Numbered from the stretch's first letter, positions 38,278 through 52,071 are shown. The stretch is 63,848 bases of DNA from Octopus bimaculoides (GCF_001194135.2 NC_068984.1:134602696-134666543); one strand, 5' to 3'. Made by a program: numbers and translations. The notes: generated from the letters alone by a model not told the origin.

Positions 38278-38654
38278 AGACGCCTCTATTATATATTTGC
38301 TGAAGAGCTGCTCCTAGCGACGCATACTCCAACTCCGCAAATAAGTTTGACCGTTGTTGCTGTTGACAGCGATCGCAATTACTCAACGTACTACTTTAGT
38401 GTTAGTTTTGTAGTTTAATGGATAAAATAGCTGTAAGTTTTCAGTTTCTCCATGACTTTTCATGTAATTTCCTCGCTTAGTTGTTTGATGTTGTGTTATA
38501 TTACGGTTGTATTTGGTGTTCGTGAATTGTTTTCGAGGTTGTTTCTGGTTTTATGAGACTGATTATTTCTGGTGTGTCGTTAGAGTCGTATTTATTTTTG
38601 TTGATATCTTGTGGGATACATTATTTACCTGGTGTATAATTTTCATTGACTTTC

Positions 38655-38656
38655 TT

Positions 38657-38716
<60 letters not shown>

Positions 38717-38821
38717 CCTATGTACCTACCTACCTACCTACATACCTACCTACCTACCTACCTACCTACCTACCTACCTACCTACCTACCTACCTACCTA
38801 TGTATCTACCTATCTACGTAC

Positions 38822-38892
<71 letters not shown>
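38655..38892. repeat. Compound (ATCT)n-(ACCT)n-(ATCT)n microsatellite
   Basis: Direct reading. Confidence 0.95.
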
Positions 38893-38893
<1 letters not shown>

Positions 38894-39562
38894 ATATATA
38901 TATATATATTCAATACACTGTGCTGTTGAATTTGCTGTTAAATTCTGATTTTATTTCTTGCTAGATCTCGTTCAATTGCGCATTTATGACATTTCTAGAA
39001 GAATTCTATCTTTCTTCGTTGATGTGCACGTGTGTTATAATGTTAATTGGTAAAGGGACCGATGAATGTTGAGGAGTCGTTTGCCATGTGGTTGTGAAAA
39101 CTAGGGATAAGAAGGATCACATGGTGATACTTAAGGAAGAAATCCGCTGGCACAGATTGTTGGAGGTACAAAGGGAGTTTAGATGGCATGCTATTACGTT
39201 ACGTGATTTGTTATCAGTACTGTTTGAAAACTAAACCAGAATGTATTGAATGTATAAAAGACTCTCCCAGTGACTGTGCTTGTAAGAGGGTCGAGTGTTG
39301 CCTTTAGGGAGTGTAAACTGTTGAAATGGATGCTTAGGTCAGAGCTTGTATACACACACACACATGCATATACACACATAAACATGCATTCGTGTGTATG
39401 TGTGTGTGTGTGCGTGTGTGTTAGATTAGGCAGACTTTTCCGCAAAGGTGTTCTAATAGTATACATAAAATCTTGTATTTAGTATATAGATACCATCACC
39501 TGAGATCTCTACTTCTAGTCTATTCTTTGGCTGTTATTTCTCTATGAACTAACTTTCTCATT

Positions 39563-39872
39563 GAAGGCGCGTGACATGGTGGTTTAGATATTCGGCTCAG
39601 GATCGTAAGGTCATGAGTTCGATTCCTGTAGCGAATTGTGAACTTGGGCAAGACACTTTATTTCATGTTGCTCCAGTTTACTCAATTAGCAAAAATGAGT
39701 TGTATCTGTAATTCAAAGGGACAGCCTTGTCGCATTGTGTCGTGCTGAGTCTCCCTGAGAACTATTTTAAAGGTACGCGTCTCTGCGGAGTGCTCAGCCA
39801 CGTTAGTTTCTCGAGCGGGCTATTCCCGAGCAGACTGTTCTGGAACACTTGTCGTAACCATCGGGGTGCCAG
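39563..39872 (+). mobile_element. SINE family C with tail type 2
   Basis: tRNA head with GAGTTCGATTCC, core TTGCTCCAGTTTACTC..AAAAATGAGT, then CAGCCTTGTC..GGAGTGCTCAGCC. The tail is shared with 57760-57935. Confidence 0.85.
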
Positions 39873-39991
39873 ATTTTTAAAAACTAATAGGAAACAGTAC
39901 TGCTCTAGAAGTCATGGCTTTCAAAGAGAAAAACAAAATTCGAGTAACGTTTCTCTGCCAGCTCGCTCCCTTGAGGTAATATTAATAACAG

Positions 39992-40204
39992 CTTCACATT
40001 TTGGCACAAGGCCAGTAATTTCGGGGATGGAGTGGGGAAATCGACTACATCGACCCCAGTGCTCAACTGGTACTTATTCGGTCGATCCTGAAGAGATATA
40101 AGGCAAAGTCTACCTCGGCGGACTTTGAACTATAAACGTAAAGACGGAAGAAATGCCGCTAACCATGTTTTCCGATATATTAACGATTCTGCCCGTTCAC
40201 CTCC
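39992..40204 (-). mobile_element. SINE family B with probable TSD
   Basis: Family core present. Flanks TTGAGGTAATATTAATA (39971) and TTGAGATAAGACTAATA (40205). Confidence 0.85.
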
Positions 40205-41849
40205 TTGAGATAAGACTAATATCGTTTTTCTCTGTTGCTATACAAATACTAAACTACCAACCAGCCAGCCAGCCAGCCAACAAGCCAACTAACCAGGCAA
40301 CCAACCGATCATTGGGATCAGAAAGGAACCGCAGGACCACCAATACCACTCCTAATTGCTATTAGCACAAACAAGCTTTGCCATAACTAAATTCAGCCTA
40401 AGACCACATTCATTATCGACACACTCCCACCACAACCAAAACACCATTAACTTTGCCAACATTCAAACAGCAGCCCCAACGTCGGCAGCATAGCCATCAC
40501 TGTATCTACCATCACCACCACCACCCACCACTCACCACGTTTAAATCACTGCTTCCAGTAGAAAGGCCATGTGTATCACCAACTGCTTCTACCGCAGGAA
40601 AGACCCGCCGCCACCATAACGCTATTAACATAACAATAAGTACAGAGCGATCTGTGCACAAAATCGTAGCAGCAGAACAGCTCAGGCCTGTAATCTCGTT
40701 AAGAACATTGTTTAATTGCCTCAGTGTGTGTAATGTGTGAAGTATAGTGAGATGTATTCAAAGAGCAGAGCATAAAATCTACATTCCAACCAACACAGCG
40801 CTCAGTAGAATCATTGCTAACTGAATTAGTTTCCCTTCCACATCTATTTGTTCTTTCAATATTTTCTCCGCCTTCTGACAAAAATATTTACAATTATTTC
40901 TATCCAACTCTCTCGCTCCCCTCCTTTTCTTCCCATCTTTTCTGCTCTGCATTTGTATTCATCTCGTTTCTTTCCTTTTATTTTTTACTATTGCTCCTTT
41001 CGACTTTTCATTTTCAACGCCTTTTGCCCATGGAATGAATAAATTAATTTCAGTCTTTGTCAAATATGTTATGGTCATATCAAATGGTGTTTGTTGCTTA
41101 TATGCAAATATCAACCTGTTTGACTTTCTATTGTAAATATTTGGTTTTTGTTTCCATTCTGGAGCGATTCTTTAAATAAATATGGAAATAATAAACAAAA
41201 AGTACAAAAAAAAAAAAGATAAGAAAATTAAAGAGACAAGAAAAACAAACACAAAACGAAAGATATTTCTTTGGAATACACGTGGGAACTTTTATGTAAG
41301 CGAAGGGAAGTGCTATAAATGGCATAATCAAGTCAACTAACATACATATACTTATTTTATCGCCCTGAGTATGTTCAAAGATAGATATAATCCCATTTGG
41401 ATTTGAACGTAAGACTATAAGGTGGTGAATAAAATATCAGCAGGCAGTTTGTCACGGTTTCAATAACAAAAAAGACATGACGAAGAAGAAAAAATGAAAT
41501 ATTGTTTGCATTTAGACAATGGAATATTTTGAAAATAGCAAACTAGGTTCTATTCTATTCTGGGAATAATGGTAAAGGAACCGTATTGACATTTCTACTT
41601 TTGGGCGATTCTTTGTTTGTTGCTGTTCTATGAACTAATATTCCCAGAAGAAAAGTGTTCTCAATATCAATTCTTTCATAGTATTGTTTTCTAAATCCAA
41701 TAGTACACTTTTCAGAGCTGATGCTGTGTTTTGAATATTATTATATGAAGATGATGAGAAATAATTCCACCCTGGATACATCGCTAATCTATCGCATGTT
41801 ATTGTCTGAGACAAAATGACATGCAGCATTTATTCAGTCTCTTTAATAT

Positions 41850-41990
41850 TCTGGTTTCAAATCCCGCTGAGATCAACTTTGCCTTTCATTTCACAGAGAT
41901 CGATAAAGTGAATTACCAGTCATATACTTACCAGTGGTTACAGCTTTAGACAGTATCGATCTCAAATAGAAGATTATCTGCCCATATTAG
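41850..41990 (+). mobile_element. SINE family B fragment
   Basis: GGTTTCAAATCCCGCTGAGATCAACTTTGCCTTTCAT..GATCGATAAAGTGAATTACCAGT. Confidence 0.65.
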
Positions 41991-42014
41991 GAACAATTAT
42001 TATATGTATGTAAG

Positions 42015-42167
42015 CGAAAGCGTGGCTGTATGGTAAGAAGTTTGCTTTCCAGCCATACGGTTCCAGGTTCAGTCCCACTGCGTGTCACCTTGGGCTGTCT
42101 TCTACTGTAGCTTCGGGCCGACCAAAGTGGATTTGGTAGACGGAAACTGAAAGAAGCTCGTCTTGTG

Positions 42168-42213
<46 letters not shown>

Positions 42214-42395
42214 AATCCCTATGTGTGTGTCATTGTTTGTCCTGCACCACCAACCGATGTTGGTGTGTTGACGTCCCCTTAACTAGCGGTGGCAGGTTTA
42301 AAAAGTAGAAGAGATCTGGGTTCGATTCTTTCGACAAAAATTCTTCAAGGCGGTGCTCCAGCATGGCCGCAGTTTGATGTCTGAAACAAATAAAT
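42015..42395 (+). mobile_element. SINE family A, full length
   Basis: GTGGCTGTATGGTAAGAAG..GGTTCAGTCCCACTGCGTG..(TA)n(TG)n..GGTGCTCCAGCATGGCCGCAG. Confidence 0.9.
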
Positions 42396-42830
42396 GAAAT
42401 AAAGTCAACGATGATTGAGCAGCGGTGGCTAGTTCAAATGTGACCTTAATGTTATTATATGTTTAGCTCTACCTTATCAAACAGAGGGCAACAAATTGGC
42501 AGACAGAGTTGTTAGATCGTTAGTCAACTCTCTCCTAAACATCAGCCTATTGATGAAAGAAATACAAGGTACTAAAGAACAACAACAATAGCAGGAAAGC
42601 ATATGTGCGGTTCCTCGATTCGTTAGAACTCTCTCCTAAATATTAGCTCATTTTATAAAAATAGGTTTGAAAATTGGGTAATATAGCCTTAAGTACAGAA
42701 TTTTTGATGAAGAGAGATGATGACAGTGGTTAAGGACTAAAGAATAACATTTATTAAATCTGTATCAATAAAGGGTGTGGATTGACAGAATCCTTAAAAA
42801 GGGGGACAGAAAGAAGCACAGAATGTAATA

Positions 42831-43048
42831 TTGGTTTCAAATTTTTCCATGAGACCAGCAATTCCGGGAGAGGGGCATAAGTTCATTACATCCACCCCAG
42901 TGCTCAACCAGTTCTTATTTTATCGACCCCGAAAATAATAAAGGCAATGTCGACCTCGGCTAAATATGAACTGAAAATGTAAAGACTGACGATATGCCGC
43001 AACGCATTTTGCCCGAGGTGCTAACGCTGTAGTCAGCTCGCTGTCTTA
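42831..43048 (-). mobile_element. SINE family B
   Basis: TTGGTTTCAAATTTT..TTATCGACCCCGAAA..GTCGACCTCGGC..CAGCTCGCTGTCTT. Confidence 0.85.
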
Positions 43049-43184
43049 CAGAATGTGTAATATCATTTAAGAAAAGAATAATAAAGAACAGCCATTACGG
43101 TATCACCTTTTTTTTGTAATATGCAGCTGTTTTGGTTTACATACATGTGCGTGTATGTACATACGTACATACATACATACAAAC

Positions 43185-43305
<121 letters not shown>

Positions 43306-44193
43306 AAGATAGAATGTGCTGTTAATCCGAAGACGTAAGCCAAGAAGTTTTCGTTGCAAATACAAAAGACATGCGGCTTTGTGCGCAGCACCATTGAGAA
43401 GAATACGTCTAAATGCATTGTAACAACGCAGTCAAATGTTTAATAAACAACGGTAAATTGTATTCGTACAACGATGAATGAATCGACATGAAATCAACCC
43501 TCTCTCGTTATTTCCACTTTGCACACCATACCACTCACCCCTTTCCGTTTATGGCTGCGCATGCTGGCACAGTCGACCGCCTCAGAAGAGAACAGGAACT
43601 TATATTATTTCTTGTAACGTTCCAACCACTCAATTTAAATTATCATCGCGTTCCCTTTAACAGCTTTTTCAGCTATGTACACAACATACTTAAAAAGTAG
43701 ACACTCAGCCAAAATAGAACATCCCAGTTCATGAATCACTTGCACAGATCTGTTGCTGACACATAAACAAACAATCGCACGAACTCGTGTTGATTTCTAA
43801 AACATATAAAAATATACACCACCCAAAATTCATCAGATACACATAGGGACGCACATCTATTGACACATGTACATAAATAAATACATTAAATGCAAATAAA
43901 CACCACAGACATAATTGCAAACACTCACATACGCATGCTCACATACAGAACATAAAATACACACACTTCCAAAATCACGCGCATGCAGACAATTGTATCA
44001 TGCACTCATTCAAAACTCACATACACAAACTCTAATATTCCCACATGCACACAGTCCCGCATACGTCAATGTACATAGGTATCAAAAGCACAAACATACA
44101 TATATACACATACATCTGCTATTTTCTGTGATACAATATACGTATCTCCACAAATGATACAGTATGCACACATCAATTACCCGCCCACACTGA

Positions 44194-44390
<197 letters not shown>

Positions 44391-44559
44391 TGTCTGTGTT
44401 TATGAAAGTAAGAATGCACAGTCCCGTACACAGAAAAGTTGGCATATCGCATACACACAATCAACATCACATCCATTTGTAAATTCCTAGAAGTTAAACA
44501 ATATTCTCTTCCAAACAGTTTTCTCTTCCAGCTTAGTCGGAAATATACCTCTCTCGTAA

Positions 44560-44782
44560 ATGCATGTGAATTTAAATGTCGTTTAACTTTCTATCTTAAT
44601 CTGTGCCAGATTCTTGTTTTCCAATGAAGTATAAATATGTCCGAAACATTAAACATTCCTTTCCTTTAAACACATGTGGATTTGAGTGTCCTTTTTTCGT
44701 TCTTTCTTAATCTATGTCAAGTTCTTATTTTCCGATGACGTATAAATAAATGCGAACCTTTAAATGTTCCTTTCCTTTAATT
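44560..44782. repeat. Two-copy tandem duplication, period about 110 bp
   Basis: CATGTG.ATTT...TCTTAATCT.TG.CA..TTCTT.TTTTCC.ATGA.GTATAAATA...TTCCTTTCCTTTAA starts at 44563 and 44673. Confidence 0.8.
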
Positions 44783-45292
44783 ATCTTGCGATAAAATAAA
44801 ACAATTTTCATCGGTTTACTCGATGTATTCTTATTTGTATGTACTTGAATATATATATANNNNNNNNNNNNNNNNNNNNNNNNNNNNNNNNNNNNNNNNN
44901 NNNNNNNNNNNNNNNNNNNNNNNNNNNNNNNNNNNNNNNNNNNNNNNNNNNNNNNNNNNNNNNNNNNNNNNNNNNNNNNNNNNNNNNNNNNNNNNNNNNN
45001 NNNNNNNNNNNNNNNNNNNNNNNNNNNNNNNNNNNNNNNNNNNNNNNNNNNNNNNNNNNNNNNNNNNNNNNNNNNNNNNNNNNNNNNNNNNNNNNNNNNN
45101 NNNNNNNNNNNNNNNNNNNNNNNNNNNNNNNNNNNNNNNNNNNNNNNNNNNNNNNNNNNNNNNNNNNNNNNNNNNNNNNNNNNNNNNNNNNNNNNNNNNN
45201 NNNNNNNNNNNNNNNNNNNNNNNNNNNNNNNNNNNNNNNNNNNNNNNNNNNNNNNNNNNNNNNNNNNNNNNNNNNNNNNNNNNNNNNNNNNN

Positions 45293-45363
<71 letters not shown>

Positions 45364-45552
45364 TCACACATATGCATATGGGTGTGTATATATGTATTTA
45401 ATGGCATCATATTTTGCGTTGGTTAACCTAACAGCAAAAGTTTATGAAATTTCAAATATAAAATATCTATCTATTGTTAACAAAAATGTCGTTGCGACGA
45501 ACGACAGGAGAAAAGATATTTTAGTTAAGTGAAGCAACTCAGCTGTTCTTGT

Positions 45553-45830
45553 CAGATGTGTGTGTCTCCAATGAGTGTTGAACGTTGCGCTCTTCGGATT
45601 TTGTTGACGAAGATGAGTAACATTAGTTCGTGCAGCCATCGGTCTCAGCCAGGCTGTTACCGCTGGCGTTGTCGTCATGTAGCCAAAGTCAAAATTGTGT
45701 AAATTTGTGCAGCCGATGATTCTGGCTGGGCTGCTAGCAATCTCGTCGTGGTCGAGTAGACGATGTGGAGAGATATAAAGTCGTGCAGCCATTAATCTTA
45801 CTTAACTGGGCTGCTACTGGATAAACCAAC
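45553..45830. repeat. Diverged ~77-bp tandem array with a conserved GCAGCC/GGCTG hairpin
   Basis: GTGCAGCC at 45630, 45707 and 45783, each followed 14-18 nt later by GGCTG(C/T)TA. Confidence 0.7.
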
Positions 45831-46135
45831 TATGTATATCTAATGTCTGTCAAAGAAATAATGCCAACGACAAAATTGTTAATGACGTTCTCATATTCTA
45901 ATGGAATAGGCATCTTTTGGTCAGCCTAGCAATTGATAATAAGTTCTTAATGCCTATACCAGAGATTTTAGTGGTTAGTTATTTGCTGATGTCGTCAAAC
46001 TATGACAGAATTCTGTCTATTGTTTAGTTAACTTTACGTGTAATCAGTGATTCAGATACGACTCCTAGGTAATGGTTTGGTGTTTGGAACACTGCCAGAA
46101 TATTCCTGCTACACACACACGCACATAAACTAGGG

Positions 46136-46229
<94 letters not shown>

Positions 46230-46435
46230 NNNNNNNNNNNNNNNNNNNNNNNNNNNNNNNNNNNNNNNNNNNNNNNNNNNNNNNNNNNNNNNNNNNNNNN
46301 NNNNNNNNNNNNNNNNNNNNNNNNNNNNNNNNNNNNNNNNNNNNNNNNNNNNNNNNNNNNNNNNNNNNNNNNNNNNNNNNNNNNNNNNNNNNNNNNNNNN
46401 NNNNNNNNNNNNNNNNNNACACACACATACATACA

Positions 46436-46481
<46 letters not shown>

Positions 46482-46774
46482 CAATTTCCATGCGGGAAAC
46501 CATCAGGAGAATATAATTAAAGAGACAAAGAAAAAGAATTGAAAGAGAGCGGGAGAGACGGAAAAGGAAAGCGTGTATATGAGATAAAGGTCACTTAGCA
46601 ACACTGAAATCCTTATAAACTTTTGCTTAAGCCACTAAAGACAAAGGTCATTTTCTAGACCAATATATAATATTTCTAATGCCTGCAGTCGACCATTATT
46701 TTATCTTTTGTCTACTGTCAGGTCACCAGATTTCCTCCATGAGATTGACAGCACCGCCAATCACTCTATCGCAT

Positions 46775-46840
<66 letters not shown>

Positions 46841-46890
46841 CACCATCACCATCTCTACTACTACTACTATTACTACTACCACCACCACCT

Positions 46891-46957
<67 letters not shown>

Positions 46958-47055
46958 CACCTCTACTACTACTAATGCTACTACTACTACTACCACCATC
47001 ACCTCTACTACTACTACTACTACTGCCGCCCCTGATGCTTCTGCTGCTGCTGCTG

Positions 47056-47095
<40 letters not shown>

Positions 47096-47118
47096 TACTA
47101 CTACTACTACTACTACTT
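46775..47118. repeat. (ACT)n/(ACC)n microsatellite
   Basis: Direct reading; it accounts for the poly-L/Y/V ORFs. Confidence 0.95.
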
Positions 47119-47339
47119 ACACAAAGCGAACCATCATCAATATTGCAAATTAATTCGCTAGGACTAAGCTAATTATAAAATAATGTCTCAATGTACTCCA
47201 TTATAACAGAATTATAACCTGCTACAACCACATGAGTTAATGTTATAATCTCAGAATTATATAAGAATATATAGTCCAGATGTAAATGTCAGATATACTT
47301 TCAAGTATCTTAGCTAATTTTCTTAGAAAGCTTATTACC

Positions 47340-48330
47340 AAATCTAGAAACCTGTACAGTACCGTCTGGCTTGAAGAATCTCCATAGTATCATCTACAAT
47401 GAAACTGGAAGACACCCAAATTGTTTGAAGTTGTGATCCTCATGTCATTGTTTTTGTGGTTTCTCTGAAGTTAGTAATAATACCGAAATTGTTTTTTAAT
47501 AGATTATTATAGGAAAGGGTTAACTTGCTTATAGATAAGAAAATATGATTTTGCATTTTGAGGATAACATTAAGTTATTTAGGCCTTGATATCTTAGAGC
47601 AAGGGTCAATGTGTATAAATAAAAAGTGCCGAGGGAAATAATTCAAGGTGGGGTCGAAATGACGTTTAGATAGTTGACTCTAAGGTGTAGAGTTCTGAAT
47701 ACTCTCTGTGTTTGGGTACTGGAGCTAACTGGGCAGAGTATATCCACGAGTGGCTTATTGCAGAGTGACTTTCAGATGTGGAGGTTAGTTATCCATATGG
47801 CTTAGCCAAGGTAGCTGTCGCGAACGATCAGTGGCGGGTTTACTCAGGAAAGAGAAGTCAGCAGTCATAATGTTGATTCGGTAAAATGCTGAATTCCAAA
47901 CGATGAATTCGTGGTAAGTGGAGTTCGGCCGCCCTCATGTATCTCTGGTCCCAAGGTACTAACAGCATTAGTAACTGGCGGAAAACTCAAAGTGATTGGC
48001 TTAACGGTGGCTAGAGAAGAGCAAGGGCAAATCAGTAATCCAGATTTTGGTCCCTGTACTGCAGTACTGCTTGGTGGGTGATATTTAACAAGCTGATTAG
48101 TCATTGGTCACTGTAGATGCATTGGTGGCACATAATAAGGCCTGAATCCCTCATGTTTTGAAGGCCGCTGTCGGTTCTCTCAGTCACGTGGTTATTATCT
48201 ACTAAATTAACTTTCTGTTCCGATTAAATCTGGGTCACCACAGGCATTTAAGAACCCATGTTAGAGTAAGGCGAAATAGAAGCAATTGAAGTGGACAGGA
48301 TTTGTTTTTCGGACGAGAAAGCCCTCATTT
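47340..48330 (-). mobile_element. Decayed CR1/L2-group LINE
   Basis: Minus frames give PSKHEGFRP (cf. QHGFRP), AIWITN (cf. WI..FL), TSFRPHLE...L*DIKA (cf. VRPHLEY..DI..LE) and LQRNHKNNDMRIT (cf. L..RR...D.I). Confidence 0.55.
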
Positions 48331-48925
48331 GAAGTCGATATCAAGTAAATTTTTAAACTTGGTCTACTTGAACCTTGCATTCAACAAAGACCAAACAGCC
48401 ATTTCTCTGACATATTAATTGAGAATTTATTCTCTGCTTCTTGATGTTATCTCCTCCTCTCTTTGAGATGCACAAATAATTTACGACACGTTTCACTTCA
48501 CTCTCTCCTCTCTCACCCAGAGAAAAAATTCAAAGAAAAGATGCTTGTATGTAATACTTAGTATCGCACCCAGTCAAATGATTATTCAAATTTGACGTTG
48601 TTGAGTTAGTTCCCTTAGTTCTTTTAATTTCATATAGAAATAGCCAGAGCGGGATATGTAGTGAGATGAGTACAAATAGATAAACTGAATATGAAAAAGA
48701 GATACAAATTAGAAAAATCTTGAGAGGAATGGAGATGTTAAATTGATGATTAATGGAAAGATACATAGATAGATATCACAACCAATTGATATATGGGAAA
48801 TCGATATACACAAATAGAGATTGAGATATTGTCAAAATCGAGGAAGGAAAGATAAATATGTATGCGCTCACATATACATAAAAATACGCAAAAGTAACAT
48901 ACCTAGCACAGACACAAGTATGCTT

Positions 48926-48991
<66 letters not shown>

Positions 48992-49469
48992 ACACACACA
49001 CACACACACATACGCACGCATGCAAAGCATAGAAAGCCCCTACCGTATTCAAATTTAATCTTTTTTCCATTTATGATTTTTTCATAGTTCTTTATTAGTC
49101 CTTTATATTTAGTTTTGAACACAAAATTTTCTAAATCCATTATCTTTTCAAGACCTCGAGTTCATCTCAATGAACTGGTGAAAATCACTCGTTATTGTTG
49201 TGATTTTCTAGTTGTTATATACGATAAAATAGTCGCCTGTTTTAGCATTGCTAAGATTGAACTTTAGGATGTTTTCATTGTTTATTTTACGTTGGGTGTA
49301 GCTGTGTGTAAATGCTTATCCAGAAAATGAGTTTTTAATCAGAAAATTATAGAGTTTTAACACTATTTATTAAAGGTCGCTCGAAAGAGTTAGTAGGAGC
49401 TGAAGAATAATACGATAACAAATTCAGTTCCTCACACACAAACAACAGATACAACACCAAGTTGTTTAT

Positions 49470-49718
49470 GGAAGACCAGCAGTCACCCATGCATACAAGC
49501 TCTCCCCCCTCTCCACACACCAACGATGTAACCCAAGAAAAAGGCAAAGGCCGACACAGCTTGGCACCAATGACGTCACAACTCCTTTTTACAGTTGAGT
49601 GAACAGAAGTAATGTGAACATAAAGTATCGTGCTCAAGAATACAACACACAGCGCGGTCCGGGAATCGAACTCACCACCTCATGATTGTGAACGCGACGC
49701 TGTAACAACTGGGCCATA
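49470..49718 (-). mobile_element. SINE family C with tail type 3
   Basis: Sense strand has a tRNA head with GAGTTCGATTCCCGGACCG, core CACTCAACTGTAAAAAGGAGT, then TGTGACGTCATTGGTGCCAAGCTG. Confidence 0.8.
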
Positions 49719-49720
49719 AC

Positions 49721-50062
49721 ACGCCAGGCGAAATACTTAGTGGAGCTTTCAGAATCGTGAACATTCCGGATAAAATGCTTAACAGCATTTCGTCTATCTT
49801 TATGTTCTGAGTTCAAATTCCGCCGAGGTCGAATTTGCCTTACATCCTTTCAGGGTCGATAAAATGAATACCAGTTGAAGACTGGAGTCGATGTAACCGA
49901 CTCAATCCCTTCCCCGCAATTGCTGGCCTTGTGCCAAAATTTGAAACCAATGACATAAGTACCAGCTGAGCAATGGGTGTGGGGTGGGGGTCAACGTAAC
50001 CGACTTATCACCTCCTTTAAAACTGCAATCGCTGGCCGTGTGGCAAAATTTGAAACCATTGT
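49721..50062 (+). mobile_element. SINE family B plus a second 3' tail
   Basis: Core GAGTTCAAATTCCGCCGAGGTCG. The tail CTGGCC.TGTG.CAAAATTTGAAACCA occurs twice, near 49925 and 50035. Confidence 0.85.
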
Positions 50063-50510
50063 AGATTGGTGAACGGCGTCTAAATGACAAAACAACGTCA
50101 ATTGCTTTGTCTCCAGCATTGAATTCCACTGGTGATATTAGAACTCTTAACTGGTAAATTCACTTCATTATTTCTTATAAATGCATCACACAGTCCTATG
50201 ATGTCATTGTACAAATCAGATATATTTGGAATTTTCGATGTAGAGATGTTTGTACTTTTGACAAGAGGGAACGTGTATTAGGTTACCGTATCTGTTTTCT
50301 GAGATTTTAAAATCGTGTCTATCATGTGCTTATGGCTGTTATGCATGGGTATGATAGCGTGTGTGTGTGTGTAGGAGTGTGTATACACACACACAAACAT
50401 ATGCATGCATGATATATACATATACATATATATATATATATATATATTCTCTCACTTTCTCACGCACTCACACACACACACATCATATATATGTAAGTGT
50501 TTATGTGTGT

Positions 50511-50588
<78 letters not shown>

Positions 50589-52071
50589 ATATATACAGGG
50601 AAACACACAAATATAACAGATATCTGTGTAGTGTGAGATAGAGAGAGAGGGGGAGAGAGAGACAGAGAGAAATAGAAAGAGAGAAAGTGTGTGGCTAATA
50701 AAAGAAATTACATTTTTCTATTTTTTTTCCAATTTGTATTTTCAATTTTCACATGACACATATTATTTGTTTTATTATTATCCTGTTGTTTATTTATGTT
50801 TCTATAAGCATACCGCTAATAGTTAGCAATTTTCTCTCTGCTAAATGAATGATAGTAGCAGAAATGTTAACTCGTGAATTTTTAATTACTGATAGCCACT
50901 AACTTTCATGTACATAAAGCTAACTTTACTAGCTTCGAATGTTTAGCCACATACTGTACACACAAGTATAGACACGTAGGCAAAATCTCACTCACAAACA
51001 ACCACACATACGCGCTTACATGAAAAGACTAGATCGTTTCTTGTACTATTTGTTGAATGCACATGTCACGTTTTTCTTAATGGCGTCCAAAAGTTGTAGT
51101 GTAGGTGTTAAGTTGCCTAGCAACTTACATTTTATTGTGAAGACATAGATAAGCATTTTGATGTTGATCTATTGATGGATTATGTTAACTTGAAGCTATC
51201 AGAACTGCTTAGCGTTGGGAAAAAGTGTAACAACAATAACATGTACAATAACAACAGCATCAATAAAATGACAGACAAAAATGCTTTTAGGGCTGCAAAT
51301 ACAAATATTTGAGACAGATAAATGTGCTACAAAACTGTGTATTTCTGTGAACGGGTAGATGCATTTGTAAGGTTTGCTGGTCGGTTTGTGTGTCAAGTAT
51401 TTTCATATGTTTCTATAAAATTGTAAGCGCTTAGAACATTTATGCTTGTTCATCACTTCAGTGAGTGGTTTGAAACGAACGCTAGCTGTTAGTTAGTCTC
51501 TGCGCACAACTATTAGTGTTAGAAGAAGTGTCGAATATATAAATGATGTATAAAACGACAAGTTTGTGTTAAAACCAAGCGTTAGATGGGAAGCAAGTCC
51601 ATGTGACTTCATTCTCTGCGTACTTTGGCAAAGTTCAGTTCCAATGAATTAGATATGACTAGCAAATATAGTTCCTACTCTATTGCTGGTTCGATCCAGA
51701 AATCAATATAATCTAATCGATGGTCTGTTGGTATGAAAAACACCTACAGCTAATTCCATTCCTTATAAATAAAATCTTCCTAAAACAATCAGTTGTTTTG
51801 ATCAAAATCAACCATACAACATTTCACACAAACTCATTGATAAACAGTAACGGTATAACACATTACACAGCACACATATACACGCACATACGTTGACACC
51901 TGGAGATATAGAGACACAAATACACATTACTAGACAAACAGTCTCCGACTCTTATTCATTGGCATAGAATTACGAACTAATTTAGTAGTATAAATTAACA
52001 AACATTCAGATAGATAAACACATGAATATATACTCACAATCACACAAATTGCTACAAGCATATTTCCATTT

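Larger units (their letters stand above)
36520..39350 (-). mobile_element. Ancient I/Jockey-group-like LINE (endonuclease and RT remnants) carrying nested insertions
   Basis: Minus 36960-36670 reads AGIPEEAIPVNIRLNLYTLDVPTPL*NIQATAYSEDVA...AAHLLHVYLDHLETYLCSHRLELISTKS, corresponding to RT motifs GVPQGS.LSP.LFNLY..D.P and YADD. Weaker RT-upstream and APE-like traces lie near 37650-37850 and 39100-39200, with continuous G/T strand skew. Confidence 0.65.

Noticed and set aside
45600-45830. CRISPR-like repeat-spacer appearance
   Set aside because: The context is eukaryotic with no cas genes, the repeats are not identical, and the spacers are homologous to each other. Kept only as a diverged tandem array.
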